A stretch of 64,000 nt of DNA from Candidatus Bathyarchaeota archaeon (GTDB taxonomy: Archaea; Thermoproteota; Bathyarchaeia; Bathyarchaeales; Bathycorpusculaceae). Below, one piece after another: positions 1 to 10,611 of the stretch (positions within the stretch are counted from its first letter, which is position 1; each line of letters starts with the position of its first letter). The notes under the pieces were generated by a model. That model saw nothing but the letters and a program-made list of their open reading frames with translations, had not been told where the DNA came from and searched no databases. The stretch is taken from the NCBI GenBank assembly GCA_963775685.1, contig CAVZJV010000014.1, forward strand, positions 1,088,001 to 1,152,000, given 5' to 3'. Both the position numbers and the translations under genes were made by a program.

Positions 1-119
1 TTAAACTGTCTCTCTTCAACGGTAGCCATCAATTTTCCTTCAACTTTCCTGTTGAGAAACAAAGCAACCATCACTACAACAAACAATGCAATAGGCATGG
101 CCAGGTCAAGGGAGGGCAT
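1..119 (-). CDS. N-terminus of a membrane protein running off the window edge (possibly presenilin/signal-peptide-peptidase-like)
   Basis: Manual translation from ATG at 119: MPSLDLAMPIALFVVVMVALFLNRKVEGKLMATVEERQF..., with a hydrophobic helix and open to the edge. The family call is weak recollection only. Confidence 0.55.
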   Translation of the reverse strand, partial: MPSLDLAMPIALFVVVMVALFLNRKVEGKLMATVEERQF

Positions 120-190
120 AGACCCCAAATAAACAACTGAAGCTTTTATGCCTTTAGTCAAAACCCCTCAAAACAGCAAAGAAAAAAAGG

Positions 191-1042
191 TCACCATCGG
201 AAATATACGTTAAAGATAGCTAACGTTGCTAAGAGCGCCTCTTCCATGCGAACCGTCGCCGTACCCTGACAAGGAACAGTGTTGACCACAAAATCACAAA
301 GGGCAGACAACCTTAAGCCTTCATCCTGGACAATCTCATACAAGCCACGCGATGGAGCACCAAACGCAACCAAAACCCGCTGGCTACCAGCCCATTCCAA
401 ACCGATTTTCTCAGCAACATCTACAAAGTTGACGCCCACTCTTGCCGTCGCAATCTTCAAATCAAAACAATCATCCACAAATTGCCCAAATGACCGCTTT
501 TCCACGCGAACGCTATATCCCCAATATTGCGGAACATCTTCACGGCTTGCAGCCTGAACCTCAATCTGCCTTCCAACGTTGACCACTTGCAGAGTTAAAC
601 GGTTCCCCATAGCAAACCCCGTTTGCCGCAAAAGCGCCAACTGCTGAACCCCAATATCCACGACCAAACCCTCTTTAGTCTCAGACAAAACCACACCTTC
701 ACGGTACTCACCCACCTGCAAATGCTTAGTCTTACCACTCAAAGGATGATGAGGCGTTCGAAGAGGCGGAAGAATACCAGCAAACTCTAAGTCAGGTTCA
801 AGTTTAAAGAGACTTTTTCGCAGGTACTGGGGAGTTTCGAGATAATTGAGCAGAAGAGCAATAAAATCCAAATCTCTGCGCTGGTCTACCGTAGGATTGT
901 CGGGATAGACGATAATTTCGTCGACTCGGAAAATCGCCGCAGCTCGCCCAATCAAACCGACCTTGGCTGTTTTCTCCCTTAAGTGAGGAGTGTCGGAGAT
1001 CGCGGATGCTGGGATGGCAATTGAAAGCTTCTTTTTATCCAT
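191..1042 (-). CDS. SPOUT-family RNA methyltransferase (C9orf114/MTH1-like, COG2106)
   Basis: SIAIPAS start, GRAAAIFRVDEI, YLETPQYLRK, LPPLRTPHH, OB insert, C-terminal knot VNTVPCQGTATVRMEEA. Confidence 0.9.
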   Translation of the reverse strand: MDKKKLSIAIPASAISDTPHLREKTAKVGLIGRAAAIFRVDEIIVYPDNPTVDQRRDLDFIALLLNYLETPQYLRKSLFKLEPDLEFAGILPPLRTPHHPLSGKTKHLQVGEYREGVVLSETKEGLVVDIGVQQLALLRQTGFAMGNRLTLQVVNVGRQIEVQAASREDVPQYWGYSVRVEKRSFGQFVDDCFDLKIATARVGVNFVDVAEKIGLEWAGSQRVLVAFGAPSRGLYEIVQDEGLRLSALCDFVVNTVPCQGTATVRMEEALLATLAIFNVYFRW

Positions 1043-1131
1043 AACATTGCTGCTCCTGAATTGTTGTCTGCGTTGAGCTTAAAAGGCGGAGATGAGATAT
1101 AAAACTGCGTATTACTCGGAGGACACAAAAC

Positions 1132-2232
1132 TTGGTCACCCCAGCTTTGGATAATCAAGAAAAAATCTCACTTATTGATAAAAGTGGAATGCTAAACTTT
1201 TCGATGAACGCCGCTCAACATTACCGCGAAGCTGCAGAAGTAGCCGAGAAAATCCAAGTTAACTATCCTAAACCGGCCAACATTGTAGTTGCGGGTTTGG
1301 GCGGCTCAGCCATCGGCGGCGACTTACTTAAAGACTGGGCAAAAACCCAGCTTAGTGTACCCATTGAAGTTAGCCGAGAATACCAACTACCAGAGTACGC
1401 AAACAAAAACACACTCGCTCTAATCTGCAGCTACTCAGGCGACACCGAAGAAACCCTCAGCAGCTTTCTTGACGCGCTCAAACGCAAATGCATGATCTTC
1501 TGCATAAGCAGCGGCGGGGCTCTTATCAAACAAGCCCAAGAACACAAAGTGCCATACCTGCAAGTTCCCGCCGGCATGCCTCCCCGCGCAGCCTTGCCCT
1601 ACATGCTAGTGCCCCTGCTTATTTTGATGGAGAAAATAGGCCTAGTTAAAGACGTAAAAAAAGAACTCGACGAGGCTATAGTGCTGCTCAAGAAAATTAG
1701 CTATGAAAATGGCCCAGAAATGCCAACCAGAGACAACTTTGCAAAAACAGTCGCCACACACATCGGAGATTCAGCACCTGCAATCTATGGGTTTGGCTTT
1801 TACCGCAGCGTAGCACAACGATTTAAGCAGCAATTCAACGAAAACGCCAAGTCAGCGGCAAAATGGGAGGTGTTCCCTGAACTTGACCATAACGAGATTG
1901 TAGGTTGGGAAGGCAGAGGCGAACAATGCAAATATTTTTCAGTAATCTTCATCCGCGACAGCAACGAACCAGTCGAAATCGAGAGCAGAATTGAAATCAC
2001 CAAACAAATCATGGAACAGGCAGGCCTGATAATGTTTGATTTGAATGTACAAGGCAAAAGCACACTGGCAAAGATGCTATCAACCATAGTCGTAGGCGAC
2101 TTCACCAGTATCTACTTAGCCATCCTACGGGGAACAGATCCAACACCAGTAAAAACCATTAATGTACTAAAAAACACACTCACACAAAACGGAATTAAAG
2201 AGGAAATAATTGAAAAGCTAGAAAAAATCTAG
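1132..2232 (+). CDS. Bifunctional phosphoglucose/phosphomannose isomerase
   Basis: GLGGSAIGGD, SYSGDTEET, SSGG, PPRAA, NENAK and PELDHNEIVG motifs; TTG start after GGAGG SD. Confidence 0.93.
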   Translation: MVTPALDNQEKISLIDKSGMLNFSMNAAQHYREAAEVAEKIQVNYPKPANIVVAGLGGSAIGGDLLKDWAKTQLSVPIEVSREYQLPEYANKNTLALICSYSGDTEETLSSFLDALKRKCMIFCISSGGALIKQAQEHKVPYLQVPAGMPPRAALPYMLVPLLILMEKIGLVKDVKKELDEAIVLLKKISYENGPEMPTRDNFAKTVATHIGDSAPAIYGFGFYRSVAQRFKQQFNENAKSAAKWEVFPELDHNEIVGWEGRGEQCKYFSVIFIRDSNEPVEIESRIEITKQIMEQAGLIMFDLNVQGKSTLAKMLSTIVVGDFTSIYLAILRGTDPTPVKTINVLKNTLTQNGIKEEIIEKLEKI

Positions 2233-3282
2233 CCGACAAATTTTTTGAACTGCTCCTCCGCTACTTCAAGCGAAAGCATCTGAGGTGGACGCTTAAACCC
2301 ATAAGCACAAACTGGCTCTATGGCGCCATTTTGCTTCTCTGTCAACGCAAGCTTTACTGCCCGGATTACATCAAAGAGCACTGAACCCGCGTTTGGGGCA
2401 TCGACGGTTTGGAATTTGAGGTCAATTTTCATGGGTGTATTGCAGAAATAGACACCGCTTATCCAGAAGTAACTGTCACGCTTGTTCTGCAAGAAGTCCA
2501 CATAGTCGGTTGAACCTGCGACGATTTCGGCTTTGTAGGGGATTGATGCGGCTACAGATTCGGTTTTGATGGTTCGTTTGGCGTCGCGTGCGCGGTCCAT
2601 GGTGTCCACGGATTCATTGCCTCCGCCTACGTCTAGCTGGTAGGTTTCGTTGATTCGGACTCCACTGTCTGAAAGAAGCTTGAGAAGGGTTTTGTGTAGC
2701 GCGGTTGAGCCGACTTGATCGACAAGGTCATCGCCCACAAGCGGCAAATTTGCATCAGCGAACTTTCTTGCCCATGCGGGATCGCTGGCGATGAAGGTTG
2801 GTGTCGCGTTGATGAACGCGCATCCTGCAGCTATAGCTTGTTCAGCGTAGAACTGCGAAGCTCTCGTGGCTCCGCTTGGAAGAAGGTTAATTATCATTTC
2901 TGCTCCTGAGGCCTTAAGGACTTTCCCAACATCCACGTCGGCGGCTTTGCTAACAGAAATAAGATCCTTCGTCGAGTTTCCCACGCCATCCAGCAATGGT
3001 CCCTTGCTAACTTTGACGCTTGACGCGGGTACATCGCAGACTTTTGGAGCATTGTTGGGTTTCGCAAAAATGGCCTCAGAGAGGTCCAAGCCAACTTTGT
3101 ATTCGCCGATGTCAAAGGCTGCAACAATCTCGATGTCTTTTGGGCTCAAGCCTGCCAATGTTGGGTGACGAAGGCCGATACAGTCCTCTTGATTTTTGGA
3201 ATTTACTATAATATTGGATGCCTTGGAGGAGTGATGAGGCGCAGTTTCCAACGCCGATTAATGCAACTTTAACTTTGGGCAT
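2229..3282 (-). CDS. ino1: myo-inositol-1-phosphate synthase (one frameshift near 3200)
   Basis: ATG at 3282 gives MPKVKVALIGVGNCASSLLQGIQYYSK (Rossmann motif) in a different frame from ORF 2229..3251, which has VAAFDI, NLLPSG, FINATP, GDD and DAPNAGSV. Confidence 0.85.
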
Positions 3283-3498
3283 ACTTTGCACCTTGATTGG
3301 CTTTTCTATTTGCGTTTGCCTATAAAAAGCTACGCTGCATAAACCTTAGGAAATAGAATTTAAGTCCAAAAACCCCCCAAAAAGCTCAGAAAAAACACCT
3401 CAACCATTCAGGATAACAACTATTCGCAACGATTATGCAGTTATTCTTATTAGAAGCTGTTCCCAAAGCATAAACAACTATTTTTGAGGAAACTCAAA

Positions 3499-4503
3499 AT
3501 GAAGGCTCAACTACTCACAGGAATTGACAAGATAGAAAACCACCCATTAACATACACAGCTGTCAATGACCCAGTTCCAGAAAGCGACCAAGTCCTAATC
3601 AAAGTCAAAGCCTGTGGCGTTTGTTATAGCAACTTGCATATGATAGAGGGTGATCTTAGGCAGTTTGGAGTCCCAGCTAAACTGCCCATCATTCCAGGAC
3701 ACGAAGTCACTGGCGAAATTCAGGAAATTGGCAGCTTAGTGGAGGAATTCCAGCGGGGGGATAGGGTGGGTGTGCAAGTGCTTTGGAAAACTGATGGGAC
3801 ATGCGAGTTTTGTTTGAGTGGGAGAGAAAATCTCTGTCTAAAACGGCAGACCACAGGAGAAGTCGTTGATGGTGGATTCGCAGAGTTCATGACGGCGCCA
3901 GCCGCTTTTGTTTATCATTTGCCCGATAACTTGGGGTTTGAGGAGAGCGCATCGCTGTTTTGCCCCGGTATCACTGCATACCATGCCGTTAAGCGGGCTA
4001 ATGTGCAGTTCGGCCAAAAAGTCGCCGTCATAGGCATTGGTGGCGTGGGGCATATGACACTACAGTTTGCTAAGTTAGCAGGGGCAGAAACAATAGCTGT
4101 TGACACTTCTGAAGCAAAGCTAAAGTTGGCGCAAGATATCGGTGCTGACCACACCTTAACTCCGAGGGAACTTGACGGTTATATTCTGAATAATGGCAGA
4201 CCAGAGGTGGTAATGGTCCATGCACCGTCCCAGAAAGCCGTTGAACAAGCGTTACGGATTATTAAGCGAGGGGGCACGGTTCTAATGGGCGTAATTGGGG
4301 ATACTCGAATTAGTTTTCCAGAAGAATATTCAGTTATAGGGAGCTTCATAGGTACAAGGCATGAGATGAATGAGACCCTGAAGTTGGCATCCACGGGCAA
4401 GATAAGGGTGGATTATACCACATATAGACTTAGCGACGCTGAGGACGTATTAATCATGCTTAAGCAGGGCAAGATTGTAGGAAGAGCAATACTAGTACCT
4501 TAA
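3499..4503 (+). CDS. Zinc-dependent alcohol dehydrogenase (AdhP-like, MDR family)
   Basis: CGVCYSNLH, PGHE, structural Zn site DGTCEFC...C, GIGGVG; GAGGA SD before ATG 3499. Confidence 0.9.
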   Translation: MKAQLLTGIDKIENHPLTYTAVNDPVPESDQVLIKVKACGVCYSNLHMIEGDLRQFGVPAKLPIIPGHEVTGEIQEIGSLVEEFQRGDRVGVQVLWKTDGTCEFCLSGRENLCLKRQTTGEVVDGGFAEFMTAPAAFVYHLPDNLGFEESASLFCPGITAYHAVKRANVQFGQKVAVIGIGGVGHMTLQFAKLAGAETIAVDTSEAKLKLAQDIGADHTLTPRELDGYILNNGRPEVVMVHAPSQKAVEQALRIIKRGGTVLMGVIGDTRISFPEEYSVIGSFIGTRHEMNETLKLASTGKIRVDYTTYRLSDAEDVLIMLKQGKIVGRAILVP

Positions 4504-4625
4504 CAACTCAACATCTCTTGCCTGATCCCTTCCCCTTATTTATTGTCTTAGCGTTTGCAGGCTTCTAGATAGTTTTGCCTGTTGGAGGCAATTTGGGCAG
4601 CGACCTACATAAAAAGTTTAGTTCA

Positions 4626-4643
4626 AAAGAAACGCTTATTAAA
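4626..4643 (+). promoter_or_regulatory. BRE/TATA promoter of tRNA-Ala
   Basis: Purine-rich AAAGAAACG followed by CTTATTAAA about 35 nt upstream of the mature tRNA. Confidence 0.6.
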
Positions 4644-4677
4644 CGAGGCTGGGTAACTTTCAGAAGCCAGATGCTTT

Positions 4678-4755
4678 GGGCGAGTAGATCAGTCTGGCAT
4701 GATCGCCACGTTGGCATCGTGGAGGTCCCGGGTTCAAATCCCGGCTCGTCCACCA
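4678..4755 (+). tRNA. tRNA-Ala(GGC), intronless, CCA encoded
   Basis: Acceptor stem GGGCGAG/CTCGTCC with G3:U70 and discriminator A; anticodon arm CCACG-TTGGCAT-CGTGG; T arm CCGGG-TTCAAAT-CCCGG; terminal CCA. Confidence 0.97.
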
Positions 4756-4772
4756 ATTCCTCAGCCACAAGT

Positions 4773-5459
4773 TCATTGATTATAATAATTAATATCGTCA
4801 ACTAAATTTGCCATTGCCAACCTTTGTGCAAAAAATTTGTCCACAAATAAACTGTCTTTTCTCATTCGTTTCACTTCCATGTTTGTTCCTATCTTTAGCA
4901 GTTCTTGGGAAACCTTTCTTTCTGGTCTTGGGAACCCCATGGACTGCATCTTTAGGGGGTCAATATGTGTTCTTATTGAGACGTTTTTGTACCAATGCTC
5001 TGCAGGGGTTTTTGGTTTCGCTTTTATCCAAGCTATCTTTTCGTGTTCTATTTGTTCTTCGAACTCGGGGAAGTCTGGCGATTTTTCGTCTAGGATGTGG
5101 CCTATTTCATGTCGAACAATTAATTTTGTTGTATTTGTCAGTTTATGGGCATCTACGTCGCGTTTGACAGCTATCTTGATTTCTGTATCCACAACTTCAG
5201 ATACGCCTCCAACATCGAAGGCGTCCACCGCAGTTATTTCAAATTGCTCTAGCTTTTTCACTGCCTGGTCGCCGTACTCCGTCTTTAAGAAATCCTTGGC
5301 ATATTGCTTTATCTGTTCTTCGATAAGCTTTGCAGTGGTCTCCAAAAGCCTCTCCTTTCCCTTCGCCTTTCTCAAACCACAATACAATAGAACTGATTTA
5401 ATGGCTTGTTCCACAAACAGCACTATTCCAAAACTCGTAATATCACATTGAGGCATCAA
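4773..5459 (-). CDS. Hypothetical protein with HExxH (possible zincin-like metalloprotein)
   Basis: 228-aa ORF with VRHEIGHILD followed by EHEKIAW; real start probably further in (near LLETT). Confidence 0.6.
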   Translation of the reverse strand: MMPQCDITSFGIVLFVEQAIKSVLLYCGLRKAKGKERLLETTAKLIEEQIKQYAKDFLKTEYGDQAVKKLEQFEITAVDAFDVGGVSEVVDTEIKIAVKRDVDAHKLTNTTKLIVRHEIGHILDEKSPDFPEFEEQIEHEKIAWIKAKPKTPAEHWYKNVSIRTHIDPLKMQSMGFPRPERKVSQELLKIGTNMEVKRMRKDSLFVDKFFAQRLAMANLVDDINYYNQ

Positions 5460-5597
5460 AAAGGTTGATAAAGCTCAAATTTCAACCAACTCAAAAATCA
5501 TGCATGTTACTGACAAACAAAAAGAACACGGCTCGTTAAATGCTCCGGCAACCATCATTGGTTGCAATGCTTAACGATTAAATCTGGCTATACTGAC

Positions 5598-6842
5598 TTA
5601 GTTATTTCTTTTGGTTGCTTTCGAGTTCGGTTCTTCCAGCCAGTTTCTTGATTTCATCAGGGTTTTACCAGCAAACTTTAGTTCCAATGCGCCTTCGTAA
5701 GGACAAATTTCAACGCAACGTGCGCAGAGCATACATCTAGATTCGGTGACGTCTCCGCCTTTCTTCTCATACATATCGGTTGCTCCAGTAGGGCAGACGC
5801 GTTTGCAGACACCGCATTTGGTGCATTTGTGTTCATCTTTTTGAAGCTTTGTCAAGGCTATTTGTTTGAAAGGCGTAAACGTGCTAAACAGCGCCGTTAA
5901 GCCGCCTAAGGGGCAGATTCGGCACCAGAATCGCCTGTAAGCCAGAGCCAAAATCGTAACTGCAATTAGAATCGCCAGATTTATGGATGTTAAGTAGAAG
6001 CCTGATATCCAGTAGGGACCATAGACGATTTGGGATATGTAGGACCAATTCATTTGGCCGATGCCGACTTCAATTAAAATGCATAAGGGTCTTGCTGGGC
6101 AGATTAGGCAGAAGGGCTCATTGATGTTGCTGACGATGCCAGCTTCAGTTCCCTCTGGACCCCCCACTCGGGTACCAGGGATAAGTTCTGTACCAAAAAT
6201 GGCGTATGAAGCAAAGATAACGCTTAAAATCATAAAGACCGCGATTATGATGTATCGTGACTGTCCAAGCTTTGAGCTTGTTTTGTCGGACATGCTCAGG
6301 TGGCGCAGTCGAACGGATTTGCGTATTCTTGTCAGACCGTCTTGGTAGAGCCCAAACGGACAGAGCCAGCCGCAAAATGACCTGCCCAAGATTATAGCTG
6401 CTACAGCAATCATGCCAATCACTACTGCTATTTTTTCCAACCCAGAAGTAGAGTAGATGACTTCGTATCCTCTGGGGGCGTCCCAGAACGGGAAAACGTA
6501 GGCTTGCAACTGCCAGATGGCACAGGTGACAGTTCGCCCATTGGGGTAGTAACACGCTAAGATAGGAAGAGATATTCCGTCGGGGAACTGATTGCCTAGA
6601 AAGTCGGCGCCAATTAAGCGGTCACGAGGTGATATGCCCAAAGGTCGCCACAAGGGTTGGTCAAAGGGACCAATTATAAGCCCCATGAATATTGCAACGA
6701 CGGCGACGACTTGGATAAAGAGCCTTAGTGAACTGATTTTTCGGGTTTTGTCTTTGGATAGTTTGAGAATAAGAATAATTCCTATTGCCACTATCAGGGC
6801 GTAAGCTGAAATGGCGATCAAGGGCGAGTTTTCCCAAGGCAT
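5598..6842 (-). CDS. Membrane 4Fe-4S protein (NapH/MauN-like ferredoxin-type)
   Basis: Multiple TM helices, GRSFCGWLCPFG, FCLICP, RFWCRICPLG, two C-terminal CxxCxxCxxxCP motifs. Confidence 0.88.
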   Translation of the reverse strand: MPWENSPLIAISAYALIVAIGIILILKLSKDKTRKISSLRLFIQVVAVVAIFMGLIIGPFDQPLWRPLGISPRDRLIGADFLGNQFPDGISLPILACYYPNGRTVTCAIWQLQAYVFPFWDAPRGYEVIYSTSGLEKIAVVIGMIAVAAIILGRSFCGWLCPFGLYQDGLTRIRKSVRLRHLSMSDKTSSKLGQSRYIIIAVFMILSVIFASYAIFGTELIPGTRVGGPEGTEAGIVSNINEPFCLICPARPLCILIEVGIGQMNWSYISQIVYGPYWISGFYLTSINLAILIAVTILALAYRRFWCRICPLGGLTALFSTFTPFKQIALTKLQKDEHKCTKCGVCKRVCPTGATDMYEKKGGDVTESRCMLCARCVEICPYEGALELKFAGKTLMKSRNWLEEPNSKATKRNN

Positions 6843-6845
6843 CTT

Positions 6846-7523
6846 TTAGCATCTCACCTTAAATCTAATCACTAAGGCAGCTGCAACGATAACCGCAAAC
6901 AAGATCGCCGTTGTTATGATTATGGAATGCTGCTGGTAAAAGGGCAAATTGCTCTCAGTTGAAATGTTAAAGCCATAATGGGTTACGGTTACGTTTCCCG
7001 TTAACCCAGAAATAACCACTGTGTCGTCAGGTAACAGGTTCCAGTGGTCGCCTTCCGCCAGAAAAACACTGTTTGGCACCGTCAAACCTGGAATCGTAAC
7101 TGTCCACTCGCTTAGGTGGGTTGACTGCGAAGAATTCAGACATAAGTTAATGGTTTGTGTACCTGTCCCCTGCACGTTGCAACGTATGAAGGCGTTTCTG
7201 CTAAAAAATTGACTTGATCGAAAAGACCAAACGGTCAGGTTAGAGTCTTCTACAGAGACCTTAAGGTTGCCTAAAGGCAGGGAGCCGTTTAGTCTTAAAT
7301 CGTTAAAGGTCCAGGTGTCGTTTTCCAGGATTGCTGAGGAAAAAGAGCCTTCAAGTGCGAAGCGTACAGAACCGTTGCGTTCAGGTATGATGAACTGATC
7401 TGACGTCGTAAAAGTTGTGGCATCTTGAGCCTTCACGTTGAGGCATAGGGATGGAAAAAACAAAACTATTATAATAGCCGCTGCAAGCCCAATTGGAACT
7501 GGTTTGCTAGTGGTTGCCTTCAA
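6846..7523 (-). CDS. Secreted/surface protein with C-terminal membrane anchor
   Basis: Signal peptide ending VKA-Q, beta-rich body, C-terminal TM plus basic tail; 3 nt from the downstream Fe-S gene. Confidence 0.75.
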   Translation of the reverse strand: MKATTSKPVPIGLAAAIIIVLFFPSLCLNVKAQDATTFTTSDQFIIPERNGSVRFALEGSFSSAILENDTWTFNDLRLNGSLPLGNLKVSVEDSNLTVWSFRSSQFFSRNAFIRCNVQGTGTQTINLCLNSSQSTHLSEWTVTIPGLTVPNSVFLAEGDHWNLLPDDTVVISGLTGNVTVTHYGFNISTESNLPFYQQHSIIITTAILFAVIVAAALVIRFKVRC

Positions 7524-7611
7524 AGTCTCACAGTTGGTAGGATAATTGCTATGTTAAGTTATAAGCCTTTGCAATCTTACAGTTTACGGTCTAAAGATTA
7601 GCCAACTGTTT

Positions 7612-8311
7612 TTAGATGTCAAAATCTTCTCCAGAGCTGGGTTTTTGTTCAGGCTTCTGTTCCGGCGGAGGAGTTTCCTTGTTGACTTGAAGTTTGGCTC
7701 GGCGCTGGCTGGGCCTTCGTTCGTTTTCTGCGCAATACAAGAACTACCGCCAACAAAACAGCGATAACGATAACTGCTACAACTGCACCATAGAGCTGCA
7801 GGTCAGGTTGCCCACTGGCTGCCCTCCTCCTGAAGGTGCGGCTGTTGCTGTGGGTCCAGCGGTCTGGCCATTGCTACCTATAACCACCACAGAGGTTGTG
7901 GGAGAGTTCCAAGACAACGTAGTTGACGAGGCGCCTTGGGTATAATCTATACCAACGTAATAATCATGTATGCCCAACGTGACATTTGCTGGAACACTAA
8001 TATGCCATTTGAGGGAAATTGTAAGTCCCGCCAGCTTGAACCGTAATAGGTTGACTGGATAAATCGAATCCGACAAAGTTGTCAGCTGCCATCCAGTCAA
8101 AGTTTAATCCTACACGGGTTATTTGTATTGCAGCAGAGGAGTTGCTGGTGAAGAATACAGTTGCAGAAACCGTTTGCCCAGGTTGCAGAGTCGAGGGAGA
8201 GAAGAAAGTGTGAACGGAAGCTTCATCTTGGTTAAGTGCGGTTACAAAACCGCTGCATAAAATCGCGGCAAAGACAAGAATTAGGATAAGTAATATTCGA
8301 ACTGCCTTCAT
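7612..8311 (-). CDS. Secreted Ig-like surface protein with C-terminal TM (about 3 frameshifts)
   Basis: Segments join: MKAVRILL...TYNFPQM / ISVPANVT...SGGGQP / LQLYGAVVAVIVIAVLLAVVLVLRRKR / KETPPPEQKPEQKPSSGEDFDI-stop at 7612. Confidence 0.65.
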
Positions 8312-8544
8312 TTGAATCTCCTCTAACACCTTTATAGTTACCAGCATTTATGGTTTTTTAACTTTCCCCCAAAACATACCAGTATTGCCTCAAAAACGAC
8401 AAAAATTAAAGTTTAACAAGACTACTTAGCTCGGGTCGTCTACTGATACTCAATTCTGGGCAAGCAGTCAACCTTTGCTTTCCGAAACTTTACGATAGTC
8501 TTAAGTTACCGCAAACCGTTTTGGCAGGTGGGAAACAACGAAGA

Positions 8545-8850
8545 ATGGATACTTACAGTTTAGCAAATTTAGCATTGGATTTAGCAAGCATCATAAACTT
8601 CATCGCTCTACTCTTAATGCTTCGGGCAGTCATAAAAAGCCGAAATGCCCTCCGCGGATACAGCATAATAGGTTCATTCTTAACGTTTGTCTCCATCGTT
8701 GGCTTCGAAATAGCCTATTACCTGTTGGGCAACGTTTTGGGTTTTGCGTTGGGATGGGCAACCGTAGCTTTCTGGTTTACAGCCTTTGTCTATAGCCTAA
8801 GACAACGACTGAAAGGAACCCCAAAACAGAAAGAAATGATTGAGCCTTAA
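8545..8850 (+). CDS. Small membrane protein (3 TM)
   Basis: 101-aa ORF with three hydrophobic helices; overlaps the kinase stop codon. Confidence 0.7.
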   Translation: MDTYSLANLALDLASIINFIALLLMLRAVIKSRNALRGYSIIGSFLTFVSIVGFEIAYYLLGNVLGFALGWATVAFWFTAFVYSLRQRLKGTPKQKEMIEP

Positions 8851-10611
8851 TTGGCGGGCAACTTGATTGTGAATTTAGCGCCCTTGCCGACTTTGCTTTC
8901 AAAACTGATATTGCCACCGTGGGCTTCAATAACCCTTTTACAAACAGCTAATCCAAACCCTTGACCACGCGGTTTAGTTGTAAAGAGGGGGGTAAAAATT
9001 TTGTCTCTAAGCACTTCTGGAATCCCAACACCCGAATCTATCACACTAATGGTTACCTCGCATTTAGGGTTAACTCGCCCAGTCAAAGTCAGTCTGCCGC
9101 CATCAGGCATAGCCTGCACCGAGTTTGTTATTAGGTTAATTAGAACACGTTTGAGGAGATGGGGATCAACTTTTATTTGGGGAAAGCCATTTTTGATTAA
9201 TGTTTTTGCAGCAATATTGTCAGGGATGGCAACTGAGGATATGACGTTGGTTACGAGTTCTTTCAGGTTGATTGGTGTTTTATCGATTCGCACTGGTTGC
9301 ACAAAAGCTTGCAAGTCAGAAACAATCTTATCCATGTAAACAGCCTGCTCTTCGATGACTTGAAGGCTCTCCTGCAAACTACTTTTCTCTTCACTCTCGG
9401 GCAGAGAATCAACTGCATTATTGGCAAGGTATAATTCACCGGTTACGGTTTGCAGGGGGTTGCGAAGGTCATGCCCTACCATACCCGCGGTTTGGCCAAT
9501 AGCCGCTAGACGCTCTGAATCTTTTAGTTGCTTGGTGCGGTCCTTAACAATTTTTTCCAGAAAGTCTGCATGCGCTTTAAGGTCTTTTTGCAGTTGTTTT
9601 TGTTCAGAAATGTCACGAACGATTGACCATAAGCCCACTACTTTGCCTTTTCCATCAGTCAATCGCCAAGTTCTGACAGAGGCTGGAAAGACCATGCCAT
9701 CCTTTCGTTTGTATTCTCTTTCGAACACTATGGAATGTCCAGTTAGAAGGACTTTTTTAACTATTTTTTTTCTTTGCTCACGCCATTTCTCTGGTATCAA
9801 TTGCTGAGCGTCTATATACCTAAGTTCTTTTTTGGAGTACCCGAGCATCTTGGCGTAGGCATGGTTGCAATCTATCATTTTCCCATGCAGGTCCCGCGCC
9901 ATGATTCCATCTTGGGTAGTCTCATATAGACGGCGGTACTTCTTTTCTGAAAACAAGAGTTGTTGCTCTGCCTTTTTTTGTTCAGAAAGTTCATGCGCAT
10001 CTTTCTTTTTCTGCTGAGTTATATCCATAAATACTGAAACAAAGAAGGTTTTTTTGGGACAGTAAACGTATATTTGAAGCCACTTATCCGCAGGTTTGTA
10101 GAAGGTTTCAAAATAATCGGGGTCACCCGTGGTGGCCACTTTGCCATAAACGTCAATCCAGTCTATTTGGTCATTTTTATTGCTTGGCATTAAACAGAGC
10201 TGCTTTCTTATCAAGGCGTTCTCTTTTAAAACGATAAATACGTTTGTATGACTTGTTGCCTTCCAAGAGGACATAGTCTATAGGCTTTCCTTTTTGGTCA
10301 TAAATCATTTTATAAACGGCAACGCCTTGTGGAAGATTATCAAATAATGTTTTGAATTGTTGACTGTTTACTCCAAGTTCCTCAAGAGAATCTTTGCTCT
10401 CATCAGACAGCTTTTTGATTTTAGGTAAGGTTTGGGACGAATGGATTAATGGGGGCCTCTGTTTGTTCGCCTTTGGCTGGGTAACATCGATGGAGCCCAC
10501 TATCTTTACCCCCAAGCCATTATTGAATGAAATGCATAAAAGACTTTCTAATGTCTTGCCTAACAATAAACTACGGATAAAATGATTACATAATTTACCC
10601 ATGCAAGCCAT
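8847..10611 (-). CDS. PAS-domain sensor histidine kinase (frameshift near 10185)
   Basis: Two PAS domains, H-box VGHDLRNPL, N-box NLITNSVQAM, DSGVGI, FTTK, GQGFGL; the first PAS domain is split across ORFs 10177..10611 and 8847..10274; start uncertain. Confidence 0.85.

Noticed and set aside
4730-4755. tRNA 3' end as att site of an integrated element
   Set aside because: No second copy of the tRNA 3' sequence noticed in the window and no integrase nearby
4565-4805. ORFs 4565..4801 (-) and 4575..4805 (+)
   Set aside because: They merely overlap tRNA-Ala and its promoter; typical tRNA shadow ORFs
4808-5451. Plus-strand ORFs of 119 and 204 aa
   Set aside because: Ser/Phe-rich antisense shadows of the 4773..5459 gene
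8420-8469. Imperfect hairpin GACT-CTT-GCTCGG / CTGGGC-AAG-AGTC between divergent genes
   Set aside because: Needs a bulge, a mismatch and two G-U pairs with a 21-nt loop; could arise by chance and matches no RNA family I recognise
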